64,000 nt of DNA, taken from the NCBI GenBank assembly GCA_965248575.1, contig CBDFJQ010000002.1:160001-224000 (forward strand), read 5' to 3'. Made by a program: the position numbers and the translations under genes. Every line of letters starts with the position of its first letter. Position 1 is the stretch's first letter. Below the pieces are notes generated by a model. The model was given only the letters and a program-made list of their open reading frames with translations. It did not search any database and had not been told where the DNA came from. The DNA comes from Planctomycetota bacterium. Its GTDB lineage: Bacteria > Planctomycetota > B15-G4. Shown in pieces: positions 20,043 to 28,735 of the stretch.

Positions 20043-21710
20043 ATGGTCATGAAGACCATGAATCCTGAGCTGCTCGACGATCGTATGGACCGTTTGGTGG
20101 CGGAGTTCGCCGACGCTCGAGCTGCGGGCCGGCAACCGTCCCGTGACGATGTCCTGTCCCAGGTCCCTGAGGCCCATCGGGAGGCCCTCGGCCGCTGTCT
20201 CGAGATGATCGAGTCAGACGGAGCTGGCGAGATCTCGGTGCTAAAGCCCCTGGGGCCCGGGGTCTCCCTGGGTGGCTACCGCATTGTCGAAGTCCTGGGG
20301 CGCGGCGGCATGGCTGTGGTCTACCGTGCGCTCCAACTGGACCTGGAGCGCCCGGTGGCCCTGAAGATCTTGCGGCCGGGCCTGGCCTTGGAGCCGAGGC
20401 ATGTGGACCGCTTCCACCGCGAAGCGCTGGCGATCGCCCGTCTGGACCACCCCAACATCGTGGCGGTGCACGCGGTGGGAGAGGCCGATGGTTACCACTT
20501 CATCGCCATGGAATGTCTGGACGGTCCGAACCTCGGACAGGTGCTGGAGCATGTGGCAGAGAGCGCCGGCGCTTCAGGCCGCGGCTCGAAACGGGACCCG
20601 TGGACGGCCGAGCTGCTGGCGGAAGCCACAGGAGCTTCCGAGCTGGCGAGTTTTGGCAGTTACGAGCAGGCCTTCTGCGCTCTGCTGGCGCCGGTGGTCC
20701 GGGCGGTGGGCGTGGCCCACGACCTGGGAATCGTTCATCGCGACATCAAGCCGTCTAACATCCTGCTGACGAAGGATGGCCGCGCGAAGATCGCCGACTT
20801 CGGGTTGGCGACGGGGCATGGGGAATTGGACGTCTCCCTCACGGGGGAGCCCTTGGGGACGCCGTACTACATGTCTCCGGAGCAAGTGGCGCAGAGCGAT
20901 GCTGCGTTGGATGCGAGGACGGATGTCTACAGCCTGGGGGTCAGCTTGTACGAGGGCTTGACCGGAGTGCGCCCCTTCGTGGGGAGCAACCTCGTGGCGA
21001 TTTTCGATGCGATTCGACAGGACGCCCCTCCTCCGCTCAATGCGCACCGCGCCGGCTGTACCCGGGAGGCGCAGGCCGTGGTCGCCCGGGCCATGGCGCG
21101 CCAGGCGGACGAGCGCTATCGGTCGGCGCTCCAGCTGTCGGCCGACCTGGATGCCTTGGCCGAGGGGCATTCGACCCAGGCCCGGGCCCAGCAAGACTCT
21201 GCTGTGCGCGCCGCCTGGAAGCTGCTCGGTCAGGTGTTCGCGCGCCAGGGGTTCAGCTACCGGAGCCACGCGCGGCTGCTGGGCTTGCCGCTCGTGCACA
21301 TCGAGCAACAGGGCTTCCACAAGTCCGGGCGCCTGGTGGTGGCCAAGGGTTGGTTGGCCATCGGGGATGTGGCCTGCGGGGTCGTGGCCCTGGGCCGCGT
21401 CTCGCTCGGGCTCGTGTCGCTCGGCGGGCTGTCCTTCGGAGGCCTGGCCGCTGGTGGCATGGCGGCAGGAGCAGTGGCCGCTGGTGGCATGGCGGTCGGG
21501 CTCTTGGGGCTCGGAGGCATGGCCGTGGGCTACGCCGCCCTAGGTGGCCTAGCCGTGGGCGCCTATGCGGCTGGAGGTGCGGCCTTTGGGGGCGCAGTCA
21601 TCCGCGGGAGTGCTTCGGATCCGGTCGCCGTGGCCTGGTTCGAGGCCAACCTGCCATTCGTGATCCAGGCTCTCGAGGCAGTCTCGGGTGTTCCCTCCTC
21701 ACAATGGTGA
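20043..21710 (+). CDS. Hanks-type Ser/Thr protein kinase with Gly-rich membrane C-terminus
   Basis: LGRGGMAVVY, VALK, HRDIKPSNILL, DFGLA, GTPYYMSPEQ, TDVYSLG. Confidence 0.95.
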   Translation: MVMKTMNPELLDDRMDRLVAEFADARAAGRQPSRDDVLSQVPEAHREALGRCLEMIESDGAGEISVLKPLGPGVSLGGYRIVEVLGRGGMAVVYRALQLDLERPVALKILRPGLALEPRHVDRFHREALAIARLDHPNIVAVHAVGEADGYHFIAMECLDGPNLGQVLEHVAESAGASGRGSKRDPWTAELLAEATGASELASFGSYEQAFCALLAPVVRAVGVAHDLGIVHRDIKPSNILLTKDGRAKIADFGLATGHGELDVSLTGEPLGTPYYMSPEQVAQSDAALDARTDVYSLGVSLYEGLTGVRPFVGSNLVAIFDAIRQDAPPPLNAHRAGCTREAQAVVARAMARQADERYRSALQLSADLDALAEGHSTQARAQQDSAVRAAWKLLGQVFARQGFSYRSHARLLGLPLVHIEQQGFHKSGRLVVAKGWLAIGDVACGVVALGRVSLGLVSLGGLSFGGLAAGGMAAGAVAAGGMAVGLLGLGGMAVGYAALGGLAVGAYAAGGAAFGGAVIRGSASDPVAVAWFEANLPFVIQALEAVSGVPSSQW

Positions 21711-21875
21711 CCGAAGCCACGTTCCTTCAACGGTCCAGGAACGGAGCCTGGAGTCCACGCATGACAAGAGGTCTGGTAGGACCGAGCGTCATGATTCGTC
21801 ATCCTTCGCCGGCGTGACGAGCGGCTCATAGGCCGCTCGCTTCGTTTGCATCAGATTCTCGTTCGAGTGATTCCC

Positions 21876-23189
21876 ATGTCGTTGATTGTTGCTCTTCTCC
21901 TTCTGCTTGCAGCCCCTGTTCAGGACGAGGTCCAGGACGACGCCCAGATCGACAGCGCGTGGCATGAGATGCGCCTGGAGAACGGTATCGGCGTCTTCCA
22001 TCTGGACGCTCCGCTCGCGAGCCAACACGCCTTCTTCACCATGCTGCCGCTGGGCCTGCTCGACGATGAGACGGATCGCGCGCAGTTCGCGCACCTCGTG
22101 GAGCACCTGATCGTGCGTTCCACCGATCCGGACAGCTTGGAGTCCGAGGGGCTGGTTCTCAACGGCGAGACCACGGGGTTGGCGTTGCGACTGGAGACCT
22201 TCGTGGACGCTCCCGAATGGAAGCGTGCGCTGGACCGTCATGCTCGGTGGCTGACGGCACAGGACGTGGACCCGGTGATTCTCGCACGCGAAAAAGAGTC
22301 CATCAGCGCCGAGGAGGCGAGCACTCAGACGGGCGGTTACACCCATAAGTGGGCACTCTCAGCCTGGAACCAGGTGGTGCGGCACGGTGCGTCCCATGTG
22401 GGATTGCACGCGGACATCGCGGGGGTCTCCCTGGAGGACGTGCAGGACTACATGCAACGGCGGCTGCGAAGTGGCCCTGACGTCCTGGTCGTTTCCGTGG
22501 GTCCGATTGCCGCAGAGGAGATTGCGGGAGCCGTCACGGAGAAACTCGGCGGATTGCCGAGTGAGCCCTGGGCCATGTCGGCGCCGGCAGCGGGGGTGGA
22601 GGCAGTGCAGACCGTGCAGGACCGTATGGCAACCTGGGACCTGAGCGCCCGTCACTATATGGAGTGGTACCCCGTGCCGAGCGCGACGGCCTTGGACCGC
22701 ATCCAGGCCGATGCCCTGGCCTTGCTGCTCAACGTCAAGATCCAGCAACGTGCCAGCTTGCAGTCCCTGGGCGTGCAGGTGTTGGCACAGGCCGACCTCG
22801 TGAGCCCGGAGGGCCGTTGGTTGTTGCTGTCGGCATCCATGGCGCCAGGAGTGGACGTCGAGCTGCTGAAGGGCGAGTTGGCAGCCTTGCGCGAGTCACT
22901 GACGGAGGGTCGTGACATGGACATCATGGTGGAGCAGTTGAAGCGCCAGCTGACGCTTCTGCCCGACTTCGAGGCCGTGCGGGAGCAGCTGGGTGACCAC
23001 CCTGCGGCGCCCTGGATCGAGGCCCAGCAGATGATGTTCCTGGTCTATGCCCAGCTGAACATGGGGCTCAACCGGGCCGAAATGGCCGCAGCCTATCCAG
23101 CCCTCACGACCGTTGACGTGCTGGCCTTCGCCGACGCTCTCTTCAAGCCTTCTGCCCGCTCGACCCTGGTGCTGGAGCCTGCGGACTGA
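21876..23189 (+). CDS. M16 (insulinase)-like peptidase family protein, secreted
   Basis: LENGIGV start of domain, inverted zinc motif AHLVEH, NGET; signal peptide. Confidence 0.72.
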   Translation: MSLIVALLLLLAAPVQDEVQDDAQIDSAWHEMRLENGIGVFHLDAPLASQHAFFTMLPLGLLDDETDRAQFAHLVEHLIVRSTDPDSLESEGLVLNGETTGLALRLETFVDAPEWKRALDRHARWLTAQDVDPVILAREKESISAEEASTQTGGYTHKWALSAWNQVVRHGASHVGLHADIAGVSLEDVQDYMQRRLRSGPDVLVVSVGPIAAEEIAGAVTEKLGGLPSEPWAMSAPAAGVEAVQTVQDRMATWDLSARHYMEWYPVPSATALDRIQADALALLLNVKIQQRASLQSLGVQVLAQADLVSPEGRWLLLSASMAPGVDVELLKGELAALRESLTEGRDMDIMVEQLKRQLTLLPDFEAVREQLGDHPAAPWIEAQQMMFLVYAQLNMGLNRAEMAAAYPALTTVDVLAFADALFKPSARSTLVLEPAD

Positions 23190-23198
23190 GGCTCCCAT

Positions 23199-23252
23199 GC
23201 GTTCACAGAGCGTTCACAGGACGTTGGCTTGAGCGCTGCCTGGGCTTAGACT
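23199..23252 (+). promoter_or_regulatory. Putative sigma70-type promoter (TTGGCT-17-TAGACT) preceded by an 11-bp-period direct repeat GCGTTCACAG x2
   Basis: Repeat units at 23199-23208 and 23210-23219; -35 at 23224-23229; -10 at 23247-23252, 7 nt before ATG 23260. Confidence 0.5.
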
Positions 23253-23259
23253 GCGAGGT

Positions 23260-24120
23260 ATGAGGACTCCACCGAAGCACACATCCCAAGGCCTGCTTTC
23301 CCTCGCTTTCATGCTGCTCTGCGCGTGCGGCGCAACGCGGGAGGGGGCGGTGCCTGCGAGCGCTGAGCATGCCGCTGCCGGAGATTCCCTGTCTGCGGAG
23401 GTCGGCGACGAGCCGATGTCCGCCGCAGCAGCTTTATCGAAGCCTGCCGGCCAGCAGGAGAGCAGCCCGCTCCCACGTCCGCTGCCGGAGCCCAATCCCT
23501 TCGGTGACCATGTCACGCCGACGGAGATCGTGGCCCCCGACTCCGCGCCGGTAGGGGAGGGCGATGGGGTGCTCGTGTTTCCAGCCTTTGGCCCGGCGCC
23601 CGGATCAACGTCGGAGCAGTTCGGGGGTTGGGCAGGAGTCATCGAGGAGTTCTTCTTGGGATCGCTCACAGAAGAGCGACGCCTGGAACTCGAGCAGCAA
23701 TTGCGGGACATCCCCATCGTCGATGCGACACCCGCATTCATCAATGCGCTGCGTGGGCTCGACATGGCGAACCCCGAACACATCGTCCAGGCCGGTGCGC
23801 TGACGAAGTACTGGTACGAGGCGCAGATCCGCTACAAGCAGATCGTGTTGGATGGCAACCCGGCGGCGCTGCTGCCTGGCCACGTCCGCAACCGCATGCT
23901 CGTCGTGGACGGTTGGGTGCGGATGTGGAAGCGGACCCTCGAGCAACCTGGTGGCGTCGCTCGCTTCAATGCCCGGGTGTCGAAGCTGATTGCCGATCGC
24001 AAGGCGGCGCGCGACAAGCAGGCCGCTGAGTACCTGGAGAAGGTTCGGCTTCGGGAGGAGGCAGCCGCAGCGGCGGAGCAAGTCGGGCCGCCAGCACCCG
24101 AATCCGGGGGCAGACCCTAG
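23260..24120 (+). CDS. Hypothetical lipoprotein
   Basis: LCACG lipobox-like signal, Pro-rich linker, helical C-terminus. Confidence 0.65.
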   Translation: MRTPPKHTSQGLLSLAFMLLCACGATREGAVPASAEHAAAGDSLSAEVGDEPMSAAAALSKPAGQQESSPLPRPLPEPNPFGDHVTPTEIVAPDSAPVGEGDGVLVFPAFGPAPGSTSEQFGGWAGVIEEFFLGSLTEERRLELEQQLRDIPIVDATPAFINALRGLDMANPEHIVQAGALTKYWYEAQIRYKQIVLDGNPAALLPGHVRNRMLVVDGWVRMWKRTLEQPGGVARFNARVSKLIADRKAARDKQAAEYLEKVRLREEAAAAAEQVGPPAPESGGRP

Positions 24121-24136
24121 GCGCTCGCCGCCCCAC

Positions 24137-24410
24137 CATTCCTTCACTGGTGAAAGACTTACATTTCTGTAAGTATCAGTGGTCTGAATGCTTCCCGTGA
24201 GGGATGCTCTGTCCTTCGCATCACTTGCGACACCGCCGTTGCGAACGTGCGGTTGGGTCATCCTGGCAGGGTGTTGACTCGCTTGTAGGAGGCTGTCCCC
24301 GAGGGTTGGAAAGGTCTTCGGGGGAGTGTTTGGCGGGGGAGACACCGGGCAGCGACCTCTAGGCGCTGCCGATCTGTCGGGCGATTCAAGCCATTTCGCG
24401 GCAGGCGGAG
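24137..24410 (+). ncRNA. Candidate structured RNA (sRNA or 5' leader) of unknown family
   Basis: About nine consecutive hairpins; G-U pairs and a GUGA tetraloop work only on the plus strand; no credible ORF. Confidence 0.5.
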
Positions 24411-24468
24411 CGTGGCGAGCGATGCGGGTGCGTTCGGTATTCCGGCCCGATCCCACTCCGGCAAATCA

Positions 24469-25728
24469 ATGAATTCTCCCCCTCTCGACTCGCCCTCCAC
24501 CCAGGTGGCGGACGAGAGCACACGACTTCCCTTTGACGAACACGTCCAGCAGGCCATGGGCGCTCTGCGGGTGGCTCTGCGAGACTTGCTGAAGTCCGTT
24601 GAGGCAGACCCCAAGACGCCCCAGAAGGTCTCCCGGCGCTTCAACATCAACCGCAATCTCTCGTGGAAGATCTCACGACTGATCAGCGAGGAGGATGTTC
24701 ACGCGTCCGTGCGCCACGTGCCTGGAACCCAGGGCGTGCGCATCCTGTGTGAGCGCTTTCGGGACGCTGGTGCGCCCGACGATGTGGTTCAGGCCGTCGG
24801 CGACGCCATGGTGGGCTTCCAGCGCATGGTCAAGGTGCAGGCGGGTGACCGCACCGCCCTCGACCTCACGCTGCGCAGTCTGCGTCCAGAAGGCGATGGG
24901 CCCGACGGTGTGCTCGCGGCGCGCAAGCTGGCGTTCCAAGGCAACAGCGCCGTCTGGGGTGTCCGCGCTGGCATCAAGTTGGCAATCCAGGTGGTGGCCC
25001 CCGGTTCAGAGGCCGGTCAAGTGGACATCGCCACGGTCAGCGGTCTGGTCGACTTCTGGCGTCTGAGGGCTGACGCGCGCTGGCCGTTGATCCACTACAG
25101 ATGTTTCGCCGATGGCGATGTTCCGAAAGAGCAATCCATCGAGCCGATAGAAGACCTGGGCGATGGACAGGACGGTCCGCCCTGGTTGCCCGCCTTCTGC
25201 AGCGCTCCTTTGCCCGACTGCCGGAAGCGCACGGACGTCGAGGGTCTCATGTACGAGATCATGGAGGGCCCCGTAGGGAACACCGCGGCTCTTACCTGCG
25301 TCTATGGGCGCATCGTGCGCAATGCGGCGTCCTTCACGTCAGATGTTCCCGGGCAGACGGGCGAGCACCAGGTACAGATGAACACCCCTGTGGAGCTCGC
25401 GCACTTCGACCTGCTGGTCCACAAGTCACTGCACTTGCCAGAGTCACCGCAGCTGCTGGTGGAGAGCCGCTTGCAGGTGGCAGGCGCGCTGCGTTCCATC
25501 GGCGAGCCGATCTACTCCCTGAAGGTCCTGGAGCAGGTGGAGACCGTCAACGGTGGGCTGGACGCCATGGAGGACACCGCGGTGCCGAACCATCGGGACA
25601 TGCTGGTTCGGGCGACCGGAACGCTCGGCTATTCCGCCGACGACTTCACGTGTTACCGGGTCACCATGCGCTACCCGCCGGTGCCGTCGGTACTCAAGCT
25701 GATCCACCCTCTGCAGACCAAGGCGTAG
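24469..25728 (+). CDS. Uncharacterised 419-aa protein with an N-terminal HTH-like segment
   Basis: Long ORF with normal codon usage; PQKVSRRFNINRNLSWKISRLI resembles a helix-turn-helix; beta-rich C-terminal domain. Confidence 0.75.
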   Translation: MNSPPLDSPSTQVADESTRLPFDEHVQQAMGALRVALRDLLKSVEADPKTPQKVSRRFNINRNLSWKISRLISEEDVHASVRHVPGTQGVRILCERFRDAGAPDDVVQAVGDAMVGFQRMVKVQAGDRTALDLTLRSLRPEGDGPDGVLAARKLAFQGNSAVWGVRAGIKLAIQVVAPGSEAGQVDIATVSGLVDFWRLRADARWPLIHYRCFADGDVPKEQSIEPIEDLGDGQDGPPWLPAFCSAPLPDCRKRTDVEGLMYEIMEGPVGNTAALTCVYGRIVRNAASFTSDVPGQTGEHQVQMNTPVELAHFDLLVHKSLHLPESPQLLVESRLQVAGALRSIGEPIYSLKVLEQVETVNGGLDAMEDTAVPNHRDMLVRATGTLGYSADDFTCYRVTMRYPPVPSVLKLIHPLQTKA

Positions 25729-25763
25729 CCAAGCCTGGCGAACCAAGCCGGGGCCCGTCGCGA

Positions 25764-26837
25764 CTACTTGTTGGCGGGTTCCGGCTGATGCGCGAGGCCA
25801 TCGTTGCGCGCCTTGTGCATCTGCTGCGCAAGCGTGGAGCCAGCGATGGAACCTTGCATGAGCGGCGTTCCCTCGAACACGTTGAAGGGGTCGGCGGTCG
25901 TGCCCAGCAGCTCCTTGCTGTAGTTGCGCCCGGACTTGCTGTTGTTTTCTTCCCACTGCTTGTCGCAGGTTTCGAGCAGGCAGAAGCTCTTGTGCTTGAT
26001 GAACTGGTCGTACATCCGCTTGTGGATGGGGGCCAGGGCTTCCTCGTGCATGTTGCCGTAGATGGCGTGGATGCGATCGCACGTCATGACGTCACCGTCG
26101 TTGGTGACGTACAGCTTGTGGGTGCCTGCGGGGCAGCGGTTCTTGCCGCTCCAGAACATGTTGTCTTCGCGGCAGCGCGGGTGGTAGCGCATCTTCCAGT
26201 AGTACTCGCTGTCCAGTCCGATGTTGTTGTAGATCATCGGGTAGTTGAACAGGACGGAGAAGTTGTCCTCCTCGGCCATCTTGAAGGCGTGCTCGATGTT
26301 GCCGCGCTCGCTCTCGATGTTGACCACGGAGAGCGTGACCGAGATACCCTTCTCCACGCAGTAGCGTGCGAGGTCACGCTTGAAGCTCTTGAGATAGTAG
26401 TCCCCATAGCTCATCTGGATGGTCGACAGGCCCGCTTCCTTGAGCATGTCGATCTTCTCTTCGGTGAGTAGCGTGCTGTTGGTCACGAGCGAGACGACGA
26501 CGTCCTTCGGGATGGCATCCACGACGTCGTAGATGTCCTTGCGGACCATGGGTTCGCCGCCTGTCACGTTCACGTGGATCATGCCCAGTGCGTGGGCTTC
26601 GCGTGTGATGCGTGCCACGTCGGCGACCGACATGTTCGGCGGCTTCTGCTGGGCCTTCATGAGATCTTCCGCATAGCAGAAGTCGCAATCGAAGTTGCAG
26701 ATCCAGGTGACGGCCAGTTCCAGCGAGCGCAGCGTGCGGATGCCTGCGCGCATCTTGGCTTCTGATGCCAGGATGCGAGCCCCCTGGGTGGGGTTCTTGA
26801 CGCCGAGTTGGAACTGCTTGATGGCCTTGCGAAGCAT
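25764..26837 (-). CDS. Radical SAM protein with a SPASM/twitch-like C-terminus
   Basis: CNFDCDFC (CxxxCxxC), TGGEPM, CPAG...VTNDGDVMTC. Confidence 0.9.
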   Translation of the reverse strand: MLRKAIKQFQLGVKNPTQGARILASEAKMRAGIRTLRSLELAVTWICNFDCDFCYAEDLMKAQQKPPNMSVADVARITREAHALGMIHVNVTGGEPMVRKDIYDVVDAIPKDVVVSLVTNSTLLTEEKIDMLKEAGLSTIQMSYGDYYLKSFKRDLARYCVEKGISVTLSVVNIESERGNIEHAFKMAEEDNFSVLFNYPMIYNNIGLDSEYYWKMRYHPRCREDNMFWSGKNRCPAGTHKLYVTNDGDVMTCDRIHAIYGNMHEEALAPIHKRMYDQFIKHKSFCLLETCDKQWEENNSKSGRNYSKELLGTTADPFNVFEGTPLMQGSIAGSTLAQQMHKARNDGLAHQPEPANK

Positions 26838-26906
26838 GTGGTGGGTCCGGAGGTGTGGCCCGCGTAGGAGGGTCGACGCGGGAGGGGACAACTAGTCTAT
26901 CCCGCT

Positions 26907-27500
26907 CTACTCTCTGTCGAGGAAGATCACGCCATCAATGACGCCATTACGGAGCGCGTCGTCGGTTGACATGTCGAGGGCAGTGGGAATCCTCTTTTCG
27001 GCCCAGTCGGCGTCATGGTTGAGGAATCGCCCCAAGTAGGCGTTCTCGAGTCGCCTGCACAGCTCCACGTACTTCTCGTCGGGGGGCGGTAGATAGCTGT
27101 CCTCATCGCGCTCTGGGGGCTCGTCCCAGACCATGCGATGGATCAGCAGGACCGAGTTCTCGAAAGCCGTCCTGACCCCTGTGCCGGCCATGAGGATGAT
27201 GCAGGCGGCACTTTGAGCGAAGCCCATGCAGACGGTGTTCACCCGGCAGGGGATGCCGTGCATGGCATTGATGATGGCGCAGGCGGCCTCCACATCACCA
27301 CCTGTGCTGTTGATCAGCACATCGATGGGCTCGGAGGGGCTCTCCTCGGACAGCTCAAGCAGGCGGTTGACCGCTTGTTCTGCCTTGGCGCCGGTGATGT
27401 CCCCGAACAAGAAGATGCGGCGTGGGCCAGAAAATGACTGCCGGCGGGCTTTTTGATCGGTGTAGGAGGGGTCAGGGCCCCCCGGCGCTCGTTCCTTCAT
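26907..27500 (-). CDS. ClpP/S14-family protease subunit (divergent)
   Basis: RRIFLFGDI, INSTGGDV, CMGFAQSAA, LLIH, GVIDGV; start set at the ATG after TACACT. Confidence 0.82.
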   Translation of the reverse strand: MKERAPGGPDPSYTDQKARRQSFSGPRRIFLFGDITGAKAEQAVNRLLELSEESPSEPIDVLINSTGGDVEAACAIINAMHGIPCRVNTVCMGFAQSAACIILMAGTGVRTAFENSVLLIHRMVWDEPPERDEDSYLPPPDEKYVELCRRLENAYLGRFLNHDADWAEKRIPTALDMSTDDALRNGVIDGVIFLDRE

Positions 27501-27638
27501 GCGGGGAGTGTACCCTTTCGCCCGCTTTGGCTGCGCTGCGGCCCAGGCCTTCGCAGCCTGAATGAGGGCGAGCGAGGCCACGTTGCCAGCCTCAAGGCCT
27601 GCTGACCCACGAGAGCTCCCAAGACGCAGAGAAGCACC

Positions 27639-28064
27639 ATGCCGCCCGCTGAGTCGACACCGAACACCGAGCCGGAGGCCCAGGACCCTGACCGCCGCGG
27701 CGATGCAGCGGAGGGTGGGAAGCGACTCGAGGCCGTGCGCATCTGCCCGGCGAACGAGTTGCCGGAGGGCGGGGTCACGAAGGAGGTCGTGGGCGGTCGG
27801 CATCTGGCTGTCGCGCGCCATGAGGGAAGGCTCTACGGCTTCAGCGCGATCTGCCCTCACATGCGCCATGATCTCTCCGAGGGCTTCCTCGCGGAGGACG
27901 GCATCACCTGCAGCAGCCACCTTTGGAACTTCCGCCTGTCTGATGGCTCCTGCGCCTTGGTCCCCGAAGCCTCGATCCCGGTCTTCGAAGCACAGGAGCT
28001 GGACGGCTGGGTGGTTCTCTTGGTGCCGCCCCAGGAGCAGAACCCCGAGCAGTCCCGGTGGTGA
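27639..28064 (+). CDS. Rieske [2Fe-2S] ferredoxin
   Basis: CPH and CSSH ligand motifs, W.F.LSDG. Confidence 0.88.
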   Translation: MPPAESTPNTEPEAQDPDRRGDAAEGGKRLEAVRICPANELPEGGVTKEVVGGRHLAVARHEGRLYGFSAICPHMRHDLSEGFLAEDGITCSSHLWNFRLSDGSCALVPEASIPVFEAQELDGWVVLLVPPQEQNPEQSRW

Positions 28065-28735
28065 AGGACGTGCAGACGGGGCGGGGTCCGCGGGGCCTAC
28101 GGGACGTCTTCCGCTTGCGCTCCTCAACACCTGCGGCATGGGCCGCGTGTGCAGCGCGCGACGTCCTGGCCTTGCTCTCGGACCACGCGCACTGCGAGCT
28201 CAAGGCAGGCGCCAACGCCATGACCATGCTCAAGCGCAATCCCAACCGACCAGGTTTGGCCCTGCGCCTCGCTCCGCTCATCAAGGAGGAGTGCGAGCAC
28301 CTTCATCGCGTGCTGAGGGAGCTGGACGCGCGCGGTGCGACCCTGGGCCAGGACGCACCGAACCCGTGGGCGTCGGGTCTGCACGCAGCGGCTCGCTCCA
28401 TGCCAGATCCCGCCGTTGAGCACAGCGGTTTCCTGGACATCCTGCTCATTTCGGCATTGATCGAAATGCGCTCCCACGAACGGTTCGAGCGCCTTGCAGC
28501 CTGTCGAGAACTCGCCGATTTGCGGGGGCTCTACGCTTCGCTGTGCGAGGCAGAAGCCCGTCACGCCACGCTCTTCACCGAGCTGGCACTGGAGATCTTT
28601 CCAGAAGGCCTGGTTGCCGAGCGATTCGACGTCCTGGCGCAGGAAGAGAGCTCCCTCATGCAGCAGCTGCCACCGGCGTCTCGGGTGCACTCCGGCCACG
28701 CAGGCCTTGAGTCAGGCCTGGAGGCGACGCGCTAG
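28061..28735 (+). CDS. miaE: tRNA-(ms2io6A37) hydroxylase MiaE (ferritin-like diiron)
   Basis: LLSDHAHCELKAGANA, EECEHL, LIEMRSHERF, EAEARH. Confidence 0.9.
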   Translation: MKDVQTGRGPRGLRDVFRLRSSTPAAWAACAARDVLALLSDHAHCELKAGANAMTMLKRNPNRPGLALRLAPLIKEECEHLHRVLRELDARGATLGQDAPNPWASGLHAAARSMPDPAVEHSGFLDILLISALIEMRSHERFERLAACRELADLRGLYASLCEAEARHATLFTELALEIFPEGLVAERFDVLAQEESSLMQQLPPASRVHSGHAGLESGLEATR

